The position numbers and the translations under genes were made by a program. A stretch of DNA of 64,000 bases, taken from the IMG/VR virus record IMGVR_UViG_3300027779_003464, positions 54,608 through 118,607 of that record; one strand, written 5' to 3'. This stretch comes from a virus. Under the pieces are notes generated by a model. That model was not told the origin of the DNA and ran no database searches. It saw only the letters and a program-made list of their open reading frames with translations. This document shows positions 31,566 through 41,836 of this stretch, one piece after another. Positions within the stretch are counted from its first letter, which is position 1. Each line of letters starts with the position of its first letter.

Positions 31566-32462
31566 TTAACTATCAGTAGGACATCCACAATGAACTCCAT
31601 ACTCTGCTCCTTGCCACCATGACTCAGGATCTTCTGCTTTATCAAATGAAAATGGATTATCTCCGGGTTCTACTGCTTGAGTTGAACCACAATGTTGACA
31701 CTTAACGAAGCAACTATCATCTACTTGATCAGATACTTGATAATCACTTTCAATATCTTTAATATCTAAATCATCGTCATTAAATAATAATTCAGCGTCA
31801 CTACCAGAATACATATCGTCTGTTTCATCTTGCCAATTATATTCCTCATCATCTTCCGTATCTAAATGAGATAAATCAAGATTATTAGTAATATCCATAT
31901 CATCCTTAATGTTAAAATCATCAAAGGATTCTAATACAAAAGAATTGGATGTCTTCCACTTAAAGGATTCATTAGATTCTTCATCTTCATCTTCGTCCTC
32001 ATCGTCGTCCTCATCGTCGTCCTCATCGTCCCCTTCAGGATTTCCATATGAACCATCATCCTCAGTATCTTCTTCATCAGATTCTTCATCCTCAGTATCT
32101 TCTTCATCAGATTCTTCTTCATATTCGCTATCAGATTCGTCCTCGTTTCCTTCAGCTTCTATTTCTTCATCTGAATCTTCACAATCTTCACATTCTTCTT
32201 CTTCCGGTTCCTCTATTCCATTATTTGAAGAACTAAAGGAAGGAGCGCCAGCATCTCCAGGTTGAGCGATTGATTCCTCAGATCCAATATCTACTGGTTT
32301 ATTTGGTCCTAACTCAGACTTATCATAGGTAGTCTCATCAAATCCTTGTGAGAAATTATCAGAAGCAGAAGCAATATCCTGTACGCTAGCTGCTTGATTT
32401 TGTTCAGAATCCACTGAAAACTTATCAGAAAACTCTTTAAAATTTAAAACTCTATCTGCCAT
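31566..32462 (-). CDS. highly acidic protein, putative scaffold/internal head protein
   Basis: RVLNFKEF motif; long D/E tract with 30-bp and 12-bp repeats; C-term CxxC...CxC. Confidence 0.65.
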   Translation of the reverse strand: MADRVLNFKEFSDKFSVDSEQNQAASVQDIASASDNFSQGFDETTYDKSELGPNKPVDIGSEESIAQPGDAGAPSFSSSNNGIEEPEEEECEDCEDSDEEIEAEGNEDESDSEYEEESDEEDTEDEESDEEDTEDDGSYGNPEGDDEDDDEDDDEDEDEDEESNESFKWKTSNSFVLESFDDFNIKDDMDITNNLDLSHLDTEDDEEYNWQDETDDMYSGSDAELLFNDDDLDIKDIESDYQVSDQVDDSCFVKCQHCGSTQAVEPGDNPFSFDKAEDPESWWQGAEYGVHCGCPTDS

Positions 32463-32521
32463 TTTTAAATAGTATTTTTATTTATTTATTCGTGTAATTT
32501 TGACGCGTTTGATAAACGTAT

Positions 32522-33463
32522 TTAAAATCTATTGGAGTAAGAGAACAGAGCGTATCCATATAAACTAGAAAGAACATTATCTAATAGCGGGATATTAGAT
32601 TTGTTATTAGATATAGCATCAATCATCATTTTAAATATTCCTCGCATAGTAGATCCCTCAATTATTAAGTCATCGATTACTAAATATGACGGGCTCATCT
32701 TAACTATATTATTCATCGATACTTTATTAGAATATGAATTACTTTTAAAGTAACCTTCATATTCATTTTGTTCATCTTCAATCGTTTTTATAATATATGA
32801 GTCAATAATGTGACCTGGCTTTAATAATCTCCTTACTCCAGATTTAAGACCTGCTGATTTCTTTATAAGTCCTTTAAATGAAGAAGAGTTATTCTTAATA
32901 AATATATCCATCATTCTTTTAGTTTCAGGATCTGCTTTTTCATACGCATCCTTATCTATTATATCATACATATCTATTCCATAATATGCTTTCATGATAT
33001 CTACTACTTTTGCCTTTGGGTAGTATAAAGATTTAATTGTATCAGCTACTCTTGATGCAAGAGGTGAGCCGGATCCTGTAACAAATAGTACCTTAACCGG
33101 TCTATTTTTAAGTTCACTAGGGTAGGAGTGATTAATTAAAGTACTCAAATCAGAATCACTGATAGATTCCCACTCTTTCATATATTCAGAAAATTGTTTC
33201 TTTTTATCTTTTAAATTTTCTATCTTATATCCGGAAAAAGTAAGTATTTTATTTAAGCGGCTAGGTTTTTTATCTCTAACTTGAGCTAATTTAATGATAT
33301 CTTCTTCTGTATCATTATCATAATCTATATTTATATTGCTATCTAAATATGAGTGAGTTCCGTGATTGAAGGTTATTCCTTCATTGACCCCATAAGATAT
33401 TTTATTCCAACCAGATATGAAATTCTTAATCTTATTAAATATCCTATAAGATAAAATATTCAT
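32522..33463 (-). CDS. phosphoribosyltransferase-like protein
   Basis: YLVIDDLIIEGSTM PRPP-binding loop; GSGSPL. Confidence 0.55.
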   Translation of the reverse strand: MNILSYRIFNKIKNFISGWNKISYGVNEGITFNHGTHSYLDSNINIDYDNDTEEDIIKLAQVRDKKPSRLNKILTFSGYKIENLKDKKKQFSEYMKEWESISDSDLSTLINHSYPSELKNRPVKVLFVTGSGSPLASRVADTIKSLYYPKAKVVDIMKAYYGIDMYDIIDKDAYEKADPETKRMMDIFIKNNSSSFKGLIKKSAGLKSGVRRLLKPGHIIDSYIIKTIEDEQNEYEGYFKSNSYSNKVSMNNIVKMSPSYLVIDDLIIEGSTMRGIFKMMIDAISNNKSNIPLLDNVLSSLYGYALFSYSNRF

Positions 33464-33472
33464 GAATAAGAA

Positions 33473-35101
33473 TTATTTTTTGCCGTTAAAAAAGTTATCT
33501 AGATTATCTTGTAAACCGTTAGACATTTTCATGAAATCATCAAAAGAATAAATAACAGATTCGTTAAATTTTTCTTCCTTCTTCTTCTTTCTGTTAATCT
33601 TCTTAATTAACCTCTTTTTCTTACGATCAGCTTTTCTATTTTTACGTTTTTTCCTTTTAGCATCTTTTAAATCACCTTTAGTATCTTCCAATTCCTTTTC
33701 TAATTCTTCTAATGACATATCGTCTAAAGATTCTTCTTCTTCTTCTTTCTTAGGCTCTTCCTTCTTAACTTCTTCTTTCTTAGGCTCTTCCTTTTTAACT
33801 TCTTCTTTCTTAGGCTCTTCCTTTTTAACTTCTTCTTTCTTAGGCTCTTCCTTTTTTGCTATTATATCAACAATCTTTTTAGCAGTGTTTGGTCCAACAA
33901 TACCATCTTCTGTTAGGCCATTTTCTTTTTGCCAAGCTTTAACTGCTTTGTCTGTACCTGGTCCAAATTTTCCATCAGCCTCTACTCCTAAAAATTCTTG
34001 AAGAGCTTTAACCGCTTCTCCGTTTCTTCCTCGTCTAAGAGATCTTTTAGTCTTTATTATATCTGATATTGTTCCATCAACTGTTTTAGATCCACTTGAC
34101 TTTTTAGTACTAGCAGTAGGAGTAACCGGTGTTAAAAATGAATCGGCTGTAGCCTTTCCTGCATTTGCAATCGCTAATTCTACTTTACCATCTTCGAGTG
34201 GAGTAGAAGATCCTTTAAGTTTAAGCTTAGATATTAGTTGTTTATATTTGTCAGGACTTGAAATATAATATGCTTTATTATTAGTAACATCTAATAACCA
34301 TCTAGTATTTCCTGCTGATGTTTTTCTAATTAATTTATATTCAATATTTTCTAGAATAGATCCAACCATTCTATCTACTTCTTGAGGACTAAAAAAATAT
34401 TTATTTGATTCAGAAATTCCTGCTGGAGTTCCTGGATGTTCCATATGAGCGTCTACATCTACTGAAATATCAATTGGAGTTTCAGAATCTACCGCTGGAT
34501 CAGGTAAATCTAATTTTTCAGCAGCATCTTTTAAATTATCACCTCCATGATATATTACTTCTTCTGATCTCCACATTTCTAAACTATGTTCTGTGCTTAC
34601 TCCCGATTTTAAAAAGGGGGTGGTAACTGCAACTCTTACTGAATTAGTAATATTTACAGCAGTATCTAAAGCATTAGTTAATTCATCAGATGATGTTGTA
34701 TATACAACATATTCTCTATCTGGCTCTGATTCAACTGGATTATGTTTATCACTTTTATTAGCAGTGACTTTAACTCTAAGATAAACTGGCTTATCTCCAA
34801 TCATTGCAGCTTCTCCGTCTTTACCATCTGCCCAAAGTTTAAGAGGTTCCGGTGAAGACCATACTCCTGCACCAGATGCAGCAATTGATCTTAATTCTTG
34901 TTCAACGTCTGAACCGATTGGCCATGCGTACATTCTACCAGACATTTTTTGTTTTTTAAGTGTTTCAAGGTCACCTTCATGTTGAACTGCTTCTTCAGAA
35001 CTGACATCATCAGCTCCGACTGGCATATCATCTCCGTCTAAATCAGGTGAAATACCCGTGTTCTCATAAAGTTTTTTCAAATCTATCTTTCTATAAAACA
35101 T
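33473..35101 (-). CDS. peptidoglycan-binding domain protein
   Basis: LRRG..GEAVKALQ..LG...DG.FGPGT..AVK.WQ...GL..DGIVGP.T (PG_binding_1). Confidence 0.85.
   Translation of the reverse strand: MFYRKIDLKKLYENTGISPDLDGDDMPVGADDVSSEEAVQHEGDLETLKKQKMSGRMYAWPIGSDVEQELRSIAASGAGVWSSPEPLKLWADGKDGEAAMIGDKPVYLRVKVTANKSDKHNPVESEPDREYVVYTTSSDELTNALDTAVNITNSVRVAVTTPFLKSGVSTEHSLEMWRSEEVIYHGGDNLKDAAEKLDLPDPAVDSETPIDISVDVDAHMEHPGTPAGISESNKYFFSPQEVDRMVGSILENIEYKLIRKTSAGNTRWLLDVTNNKAYYISSPDKYKQLISKLKLKGSSTPLEDGKVELAIANAGKATADSFLTPVTPTASTKKSSGSKTVDGTISDIIKTKRSLRRGRNGEAVKALQEFLGVEADGKFGPGTDKAVKAWQKENGLTEDGIVGPNTAKKIVDIIAKKEEPKKEEVKKEEPKKEEVKKEEPKKEEVKKEEPKKEEEEESLDDMSLEELEKELEDTKGDLKDAKRKKRKNRKADRKKKRLIKKINRKKKKEEKFNESVIYSFDDFMKMSNGLQDNLDNFFNGKK
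33741..33857 (-). repeat. coding 30-bp tandem repeat (KKEEPKKEEV)
   Basis: TCTTCTTTCTTAGGCTCTTCC repeated four times at a 30-bp period. Confidence 0.85.
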
Positions 35102-35129
35102 ATCTTGTTATTATTATTTTCTATTATAG

Positions 35130-35157
35130 TTTTATTTATTCACGTGAATAAATAAAA
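35130..35157. promoter_or_regulatory. perfect 28-bp palindrome forming back-to-back ATAAATAA late-type promoters
   Basis: TTTTATTTATTCACGTGAATAAATAAAA between divergent genes 33473..35101(-) and 35160..36626(+). Confidence 0.6.
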
Positions 35158-35159
35158 AT

Positions 35160-36626
35160 ATGAATAAGCACGTTTTAACATTCTCACAAATAATTAATGA
35201 ATCAGTTGGATTTGGATCTGTTTTATTAATAAAAGGTAAATCATCAGATGCCGGAAGATATTTATACGCAACTACAGTCAAAGGAAGTGTAGAAATAAAG
35301 CCAGGTCTTAGAATGGTGTTCATTGGCGATGAGGTATATAGAGTTATTAATAAAGAAGGAAAGTTTTTTGGTAGAAAAATATCATATGGATCAGAAGATG
35401 GACTCAAAGGAATATTTAATATGAGAAATCCTGGAAAGCCTAGTATTGTTTTAAATCACAATAAAACTCCATTTCATTGGATTACTCTTAAGCTTAATGA
35501 TATTGGATCAGCGCTAAGAGAACTTGGACCTAGATTATTTAGTCATGATTTAATACTAGAATCAGAAAATGATATTGATGCTGATGGAATAGAAGATTCT
35601 CAAGACGATGAAATATCAGTTCCAATAGATAATATGGATCAGAGAATTCAATCAGAAGAAAATTATGATGAATCTAAGAGAAAACAAGAATTATATGATA
35701 CAATATGTTATGAAGTAATTAAAGCTATTTCTGGAAAAGAATCAAACGTAAATCCTAAATTAATTGAGATGGAAGAAGTTGATTGGGAAGATGATTATCA
35801 AGAGCTTGAAGATAATTATGAATCATATGAATGGAGTATGCGTATGGAAGTTTACTTAGATCATTCTAAATTTAAAGACTTTGAAAAAGAATTAGCTGAT
35901 CTAGAAATAGCAGGAGATTTTATGGAAATGCTCGATGTCCAGCCTAGTATAGAAGTAGTTATAGGATTTAGTAGTGATATTGAAATTAGACACGAATATG
36001 AAAAAGGAGATCACTATGAACCTGACTATTCAGAAGTAACAATAGCTTCGTGCAATTCTTCAATAGATGATATAATAATAGAAGATATTTCAGGAAATGA
36101 ATCAATTTTAACAAAACCTGCTCCTTTACAAGAATTAGTTAAAAATTTAGAATATAGATTTAATGATAGTGAAGGATTTCTTCCAAGTGATATATGGGGA
36201 GAGTTTAAACATAATATAATGAAATCTAATGGATCCCATATTAATTTAGAACCTTATGAACAAGAAAAGTATATAAAACAAGAACTATTAAATAAAAAAT
36301 CTGATAAAGTTAGACTATTAAAAATATCTTTTGGTAAAAACTATAATAGTCAGAAAACAGAAATTCATATTCAAAATGCTAAAGATATATCTAAGTATTG
36401 GAAAGATAAGCTTAACATAAGTGAAATATCCGATAATGAATTATATAGATTACAAAAGATTACATATGAAATAGAGTATTTTGATGAGCTTATACCTTCC
36501 ATGGAAGGGAAAGTCCCAAAAATTATGGTGAACAGGAAAGGTTGGATGACTAAGCGAAGAGATAGATATGCAGAGGATCTTAAAGAAGAAATCAAAAAGA
36601 TAAAGTCCTCTAACAATTCTAAATAA
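35160..36626 (+). CDS. hypothetical, putative internal head protein
   Basis: HVLTFSQIINES N-term motif; 488 aa. Confidence 0.65.
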   Translation: MNKHVLTFSQIINESVGFGSVLLIKGKSSDAGRYLYATTVKGSVEIKPGLRMVFIGDEVYRVINKEGKFFGRKISYGSEDGLKGIFNMRNPGKPSIVLNHNKTPFHWITLKLNDIGSALRELGPRLFSHDLILESENDIDADGIEDSQDDEISVPIDNMDQRIQSEENYDESKRKQELYDTICYEVIKAISGKESNVNPKLIEMEEVDWEDDYQELEDNYESYEWSMRMEVYLDHSKFKDFEKELADLEIAGDFMEMLDVQPSIEVVIGFSSDIEIRHEYEKGDHYEPDYSEVTIASCNSSIDDIIIEDISGNESILTKPAPLQELVKNLEYRFNDSEGFLPSDIWGEFKHNIMKSNGSHINLEPYEQEKYIKQELLNKKSDKVRLLKISFGKNYNSQKTEIHIQNAKDISKYWKDKLNISEISDNELYRLQKITYEIEYFDELIPSMEGKVPKIMVNRKGWMTKRRDRYAEDLKEEIKKIKSSNNSK

Positions 36627-36679
36627 TAATTAAAACAGAGCTCTGTTTTTTAGTATAATATATTAAACTTTATAAAAAT

Positions 36680-37591
36680 ATGAAAAATGTATTAGTAACA
36701 GGAGGAGCAGGATTTGTAGGAAGTAACTTAATTAGTAAATTAAAAGCTAATAATCCAGATATTAAAATCACATGCCTAGATAATTATTTTACAGGTAAAG
36801 AAGAAAACCATATACCCGGCGTAAACTATATTAAGGGTAATACTTGGGAAGCAGACCTAATCTTTGAAGATAAACGAATTTCGTTCGATACAGTATTTCA
36901 TTTCGGAGAATACTCTAGAATTGTTCAATCCTTTGACGATATTCAATATGTTGCTAAGACTAATATGGGAGGGACTCCTATCATTTTAGAATTATGTAGA
37001 CAGTGGGGTGCTAAATTAATATATTCTGCATCTTCTTCTAAATTTGGTGACGATGGAAAAGACGAAAATCTTTCTCCTTATGCTTGGATGAAAGCAAAAA
37101 TGGTAGAATATATTAAGAATTATAATGATTGGTATGGATTAGAATATCAAATATGTTATTTCTTTAATGTATATGGTCCCGGCCAGATTATGAAAGGTGA
37201 TTATGCTACGGTTGTTGGTATTTTTGAAAGACAACATAATTTGGGTCAAAAATGTACAGTAGTTGAACCTGGAACTCAAAGCAGAGATTTTACTCATGTT
37301 GATGACATAGTAAGTGGGGTTGTAAAATCTGCTGAATATTTACATAAATCAGCAAATGATCCATCAACTATAAGTATTGAAAGAGAATGGTATTTAAAAT
37401 CAGGAAAAGAAAGAACTATAGTTGACGTTGCTGAGATGTTTGGTGATTGGGAATTTATTCCCGAAAGAAAGGGAGAAAGGCGTAATAGCGCAACTATTGA
37501 TAACAATACTTGTGAAAGATTAGGATGGGAACCAACTCATTCGTTAGAAAAATGGATAGTTAAACAAAAATGTACTAAAAGCTTAGTGTAA
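36680..37591 (+). CDS. NAD-dependent nucleotide-sugar epimerase/dehydratase
   Basis: VTGGAGFVGS, SASSS, SPYAWMK (YxxxK), FNVYGP, RDFTHVDD. Confidence 0.93.
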   Translation: MKNVLVTGGAGFVGSNLISKLKANNPDIKITCLDNYFTGKEENHIPGVNYIKGNTWEADLIFEDKRISFDTVFHFGEYSRIVQSFDDIQYVAKTNMGGTPIILELCRQWGAKLIYSASSSKFGDDGKDENLSPYAWMKAKMVEYIKNYNDWYGLEYQICYFFNVYGPGQIMKGDYATVVGIFERQHNLGQKCTVVEPGTQSRDFTHVDDIVSGVVKSAEYLHKSANDPSTISIEREWYLKSGKERTIVDVAEMFGDWEFIPERKGERRNSATIDNNTCERLGWEPTHSLEKWIVKQKCTKSLV

Positions 37592-37872
37592 TGAGTAGAT
37601 ATTCATCAACAGTTATTAACCCAGAAGGTACACTCCTTGAATTATCATGGGGATTTGATCACGCATTAGGATATTGGTACGATATATTCGATCGTGATAA
37701 AGGTACAGAAGAACATGAGCAATTAGTAGAATCATGGTCATCAACATTAGGATTTTTACCTAAACAACCAGGAAGAACAAGTAATAGCAGAAGTGTTATA
37801 TTGGAATTCCTTATTAAGTATGATCTTTCAGAAGAACATAGAGGTGCAGTCGGATCAGATTACCCGTTTTAA
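37591..37872 (+). CDS. hypothetical protein
   Basis: Translationally coupled (TAATG). Confidence 0.55.
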   Translation: MSRYSSTVINPEGTLLELSWGFDHALGYWYDIFDRDKGTEEHEQLVESWSSTLGFLPKQPGRTSNSRSVILEFLIKYDLSEEHRGAVGSDYPF

Positions 37873-37885
37873 AAGTAAATATAAA

Positions 37886-38251
37886 ATGAAAATTAAAAGA
37901 AGAATCGCAACAGAATGTAAAAAGATTAGAAGAAGTAAATCTAATCCAGGTTATTTCAAATATGAAGTAACAATTCAAGAAAAGGATGGAACTATTGATA
38001 CTCATCCAGCTTATGGTAAAGATATGCAAGGGGCTTTATCTAGATTATTAAAAAAAGAAATAACTACTAAAATAGAAAGAAAATTAAATGCAGGCTGGGT
38101 ATTTGTAGCTTGGATGATATTGATGGGATGGCCAACTCTAATTATGCCAAATATCGCTAATTCTCCTATATATATTGTTTACTCCTTTAGCTCAATTGCA
38201 ATAACTTTAATGTTTGCAGCAATATGGTATAATTACGTAAATAAAGAATAA
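37886..38251 (+). CDS. hypothetical membrane protein
   Basis: Two C-term TM helices; ATG at 37886 preferred as start. Confidence 0.6.
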   Translation: MKIKRRIATECKKIRRSKSNPGYFKYEVTIQEKDGTIDTHPAYGKDMQGALSRLLKKEITTKIERKLNAGWVFVAWMILMGWPTLIMPNIANSPIYIVYSFSSIAITLMFAAIWYNYVNKE

Positions 38252-38252
38252 T

Positions 38253-38489
38253 ATGTCAGGAAAATTTAAAGTAGGAAATCAATATAGAAATAATCCGCTA
38301 TCCAATAAACCTTCTTCTGTAATAGTTGAATTACATGAAAGAAATGGAACAACTAAAGTATACGATAATATACACAACGCGACAGCTTTTATAAATAGGG
38401 CATTTCAAAATCTATCTATAATATCAGCTACTGTAAAAGATTTATCAGATGACTCTTCTCCTAAACTTATATCAAACTATAATTTGTGA
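38253..38489 (+). CDS. hypothetical protein
   Basis: Tightly packed ORF. Confidence 0.5.
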   Translation: MSGKFKVGNQYRNNPLSNKPSSVIVELHERNGTTKVYDNIHNATAFINRAFQNLSIISATVKDLSDDSSPKLISNYNL

Positions 38490-38716
38490 TGGGTTTTCAC
38501 AGGAGATACATTGGCACGGATATTATAATAAGTAATTATAAAAGTGGAGGATCTAAATCAATTTTTGAAATGTATACTAGCGGGGTTGACGCATTAATAT
38601 TAAGCGGGGATTTATCTAGTGATCTAAATTCTATTATAAATGATATTAAATTAGAGGAAAAAGAAGTGCTTAGGGAAATATCTAGAATAGTAGAATCATC
38701 TAAAGATTTCAAGTAA
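38486..38716 (+). CDS. hypothetical protein
   Basis: Overlapping start/stop with previous ORF. Confidence 0.5.
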   Translation: MMGFHRRYIGTDIIISNYKSGGSKSIFEMYTSGVDALILSGDLSSDLNSIINDIKLEEKEVLREISRIVESSKDFK

Positions 38717-39205
38717 TTCATCTTTCATAGGATTCTTATCGCTTATGCAAATATCTCCTAATTCATTACTTTTACAGGTAACTCCTAAAGCTGATTTTAA
38801 TCTTGCCCAGACTTTATTAATAATTGGATTGTGGCGCCTTCCAATTCCAGAATAAAGATGTCCTAGCCAGTCTACTAAACTTCGATATATCTTAGTTCCT
38901 AATCCAAGTCCTCTAAGTTCTTCTGCCAATGTTATATGAATTTGATAAAGAATTCCTTGTATTATTTGAATATCTACTATTACTCCTTTCTTTATAATAT
39001 CTGTTTCTAATGGTATATCTAATTCTAACCAAATAATATTCCTGCCGTTATCTCCAATTTGTTTCCAATCTAAATCTCGCCAGCTTATCTTCTTTACCCA
39101 ATCTATATCTGATTTATCTATGTCAATTTGCTCTGGAAATCTTAATCCTCCGAGCTCTTCAAAGGATTCCCATAATTTATATTGCATTGCTTTATGGCTA
39201 GCCAT
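38696..39205 (-). CDS. GNAT-like acetyltransferase
   Basis: HITLAEELRGLGLGTKIY (R/QxxGxG acetyl-CoA loop). Confidence 0.6.
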   Translation of the reverse strand: MASHKAMQYKLWESFEELGGLRFPEQIDIDKSDIDWVKKISWRDLDWKQIGDNGRNIIWLELDIPLETDIIKKGVIVDIQIIQGILYQIHITLAEELRGLGLGTKIYRSLVDWLGHLYSGIGRRHNPIINKVWARLKSALGVTCKSNELGDICISDKNPMKDELLEIFR

Positions 39206-39207
39206 TG

Positions 39208-39522
39208 TTATATACTTTTATTTTTTCTTATCATATATAAAGATGCAGCTTCCTTTAAGCTTTCACTCCAGTCGCTTAACTTTAAAACATTATCCTGTAT
39301 AGAGAATCCGTTCTCTTTAAATTCTTCAAACATATGATGGTTTAATATATTATTCTTTTTTATTTTTATAGCCGTTTGTATTTCAATATCCTCTTTCTCA
39401 TGAAAAGGATTAGCCGATTTAATAAATTCTACTAGATCAGACAACATACCCATTAATTCTCTTTGGTCGTCCATTTGATTTTCAGACTCTCGTATTAGTC
39501 TGCTGTTTTGTCTATTTGCCAT
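39208..39522 (-). CDS. hypothetical protein
   Basis: 104 aa ORF. Confidence 0.5.
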   Translation of the reverse strand: MANRQNSRLIRESENQMDDQRELMGMLSDLVEFIKSANPFHEKEDIEIQTAIKIKKNNILNHHMFEEFKENGFSIQDNVLKLSDWSESLKEAASLYMIRKNKSI

Positions 39523-39610
39523 AGTTTAAGATTATTGTATATTACTATTTATTTTAATTATACCGAGATAATTAGTATAATATTTAGATAAATCATTAAA
39601 ATTACTATTT

Positions 39611-40045
39611 ATGAAATTACAATTGAATAAAGTTGAGATGTTAAAGGTATTACATAGTGCTTTCTGTAACGGAGGATTAAATGAATTAAGATATTGTGAT
39701 GTTGAATTAAACGTATTAGAAAAAGAATATGTAAATGCCAGAAATAGATTAGAAAAACAAATATTAAAGGGCAATAATGAAAACGTGTACTATGTTGGCA
39801 CAGATGGACCAACAGTTTGTTTAGAAGATGTATATTTAGAAATATTAAGAGAAGGAGAGGCAATTAATTTCATAGATCATAATAATGGTAAAAAAATAGG
39901 CTTTACTCTTAGTAAAGCAATAAAATCCTTATCCAGAGAAGAATTTGCGTCTGATGTATTAAAAACTGTAAAGGGTGGAGATGATGCTTGGACTGGATTT
40001 AATCTTATTCAAGGATGTTTATACGGAGAAGTAGTTTATGGATAA
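39611..40045 (+). CDS. hypothetical phage protein
   Basis: C-term Q..LYGEVVYG resembles a recurrent phage small-protein ending. Confidence 0.6.
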   Translation: MKLQLNKVEMLKVLHSAFCNGGLNELRYCDVELNVLEKEYVNARNRLEKQILKGNNENVYYVGTDGPTVCLEDVYLEILREGEAINFIDHNNGKKIGFTLSKAIKSLSREEFASDVLKTVKGGDDAWTGFNLIQGCLYGEVVYG

Positions 40046-40048
40046 ATT

Positions 40049-40258
40049 ATGATACATAAAGATACACTAATATCGGTTATAGAATCTAATAGAGCGTGGT
40101 CGACTGCTAAGCATAGGTCTGCTGATATGCTATTAAAATATCACAATAGCCAGGAAATAAGAGACTACATTTGGTCTCTTTTTGTTAAAACCAAGGATTA
40201 TTATTATTGTTCAATATTAAAAATGAAGAAGAATGGGAAAGAAGAGAGAAATAAATGA
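40049..40258 (+). CDS. hypothetical protein
   Basis: Packed ORF in the + strand array. Confidence 0.45.
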   Translation: MIHKDTLISVIESNRAWSTAKHRSADMLLKYHNSQEIRDYIWSLFVKTKDYYYCSILKMKKNGKEERNK

Positions 40259-40442
40259 ATATAGACAGGTAAAAGATTCAGTATATAAGCGGCCTAAAAG
40301 CCATGGAAATAGAATCAGTAGCTTATGTGGACTAGAGATAGATCTATTTGTAGAAGAAATGGTAAACGAATACCCGAATTACTATAGTCTAGGGCAAGCA
40401 CTCCATCATATCTATCTTGAAAATAAAAAATTAAATGAATAG
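40233..40442 (+). CDS. hypothetical protein
   Basis: Packed ORF in the + strand array. Confidence 0.5.
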   Translation: MGKKREINEYRQVKDSVYKRPKSHGNRISSLCGLEIDLFVEEMVNEYPNYYSLGQALHHIYLENKKLNE

Positions 40443-40531
40443 AAATGAACAAGAATTACACAAGGATATTAAGCGTGTGGCTATAGCCTTGGAAAAATTA
40501 GTTAAGTTAATGACAAAAATGATGAAAGAAA

Positions 40532-40741
40532 ATGGATGATAAAACAACATATAATTACAAAGAAGATAGTTACCCATACATGTATCATTTGTCTAATCAT
40601 AGAAGTAATGATCAGAAGTGGGCATGTATGATAAGGGAAAATTATACTAGCTACTTCAATAACCCAATATCGGTTAAAATAGGATACGGCGAAACTCCAG
40701 AGCTTGCATTTAAAAATGTTAAAGATCTAGAAGATGAATAG
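40532..40741 (+). CDS. hypothetical protein
   Basis: GYGETPELA motif; packed ORF. Confidence 0.5.
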   Translation: MDDKTTYNYKEDSYPYMYHLSNHRSNDQKWACMIRENYTSYFNNPISVKIGYGETPELAFKNVKDLEDE

Positions 40742-40774
40742 TATAAACATATAGAGATGCATAAAACTGAATAA

Positions 40775-41026
40775 ATGAACACACAAAAGCAATCCTATTA
40801 CGGAAGACATAACTTACCACAAAAGAATAAAATGTCAAAGGCATCAATGATCAATTTAGTTTATTACTATAATCTTAAAAAACTAGGAAGATCTGATGAG
40901 TACATATTTAATCTGATACAACCTGAAAGACGTGAACAGTTCTTTAAGGACATACTACACAGATATACACCAACACCAGTAAAAAAGAAAAATTGGATCC
41001 AAACACTATTTCAAGTAGAAAGATAA
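40775..41026 (+). CDS. hypothetical protein
   Basis: Packed ORF. Confidence 0.45.
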   Translation: MNTQKQSYYGRHNLPQKNKMSKASMINLVYYYNLKKLGRSDEYIFNLIQPERREQFFKDILHRYTPTPVKKKNWIQTLFQVER

Positions 41027-41036
41027 AGTAAAAACA

Positions 41037-41234
41037 ATGAGTAAGAAAAAAACATATCACATTAGAAAAACAATTTTTCCAGAAAAAATTTCAGTTATTA
41101 TTAATGATGGACTAGGAGTTGTAGCCGGTTTTAATTTTGATGAGGCAGTAAAGATGTGTCAATTATTAAACGCAAATTCTAATCATGATTGTAAATATGA
41201 ATTAGTACAAGTAAACCAAAACAAAGATGACTGA
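41037..41234 (+). CDS. hypothetical protein
   Basis: Ends within the junction motif (NQNKDD*). Confidence 0.5.
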   Translation: MSKKKTYHIRKTIFPEKISVIINDGLGVVAGFNFDEAVKMCQLLNANSNHDCKYELVQVNQNKDD

Positions 41235-41484
41235 ACAAGAAATAATATCACTAGGCTTTAAGAAGGAGACAGACGAAGACCTTGATGGACCATTCTACTA
41301 TTATGTATTAGACATAGTAGAAGGGCTATACTGTATTACAGATGCAAGTGATGAGGCTGCTCTTGAAAATGATGAGTGGACTGTAGAGCTAAGTTTTGAC
41401 TGTAACCCAAGAATAAAGTTCAGGGATGTTAAGTCATTAACTGAGTTAATTAACTTATTAAACCAAAACAAAGAAGATGAGTAA
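41227..41484 (+). CDS. hypothetical protein (cassette)
   Basis: Starts and ends in junction motifs. Confidence 0.6.
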   Translation: MTEQEIISLGFKKETDEDLDGPFYYYVLDIVEGLYCITDASDEAALENDEWTVELSFDCNPRIKFRDVKSLTELINLLNQNKEDE

Positions 41485-41683
41485 ATTAGAAGTTAAAAAA
41501 TGTACATTAGAAATAATAGATTATTTAGGTAGTAGAAATGGTTTTGATGATTGGTGGATGCAAGTAGAGGATGATGAAGAAATTGAGATAACTAAAAAGT
41601 TAGAAGATATTATTGAAAGAAGATTAAACCAAAAAGAAGAAACCCTATTATGTACTCCTGATAATTGTAGACATGGATATTAA
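41477..41683 (+). CDS. hypothetical protein (cassette)
   Basis: ATG supplied by a junction motif variant. Confidence 0.55.
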   Translation: MSKLEVKKCTLEIIDYLGSRNGFDDWWMQVEDDEEIEITKKLEDIIERRLNQKEETLLCTPDNCRHGY

Positions 41684-41698
41684 ACCGAAACAAAGAAG

Positions 41699-41809
41699 AT
41701 GAAAGAGATAACATTAACCTTAGAAGAATTAGAACAAGAAATTGAACAAGCATTTGTACATGGTCAGGGTAATTCAGTAATGAAAGAGAAGATTATACAA
41801 GTTCTGTAA
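41699..41809 (+). CDS. 36-aa ORF or gene remnant (cassette)
   Basis: MKEITLTLEELEQEIEQAFVHGQGNSVMKEKIIQVL*; ATG from the motif variant at 41682. Confidence 0.35.
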   Translation: MKEITLTLEELEQEIEQAFVHGQGNSVMKEKIIQVL

Positions 41810-41836
41810 TGAGTAGACTAATAAACCAAAACAAAG

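Noticed and set aside
31909-32265. Ser-rich ORF and other antisense ORFs in the track (e.g. 6205, 6592, 7384, 17608, 22451, 25494, 56481)
   Set aside because: Shadows on the opposite strand of well-supported genes or of low-complexity acidic repeats.
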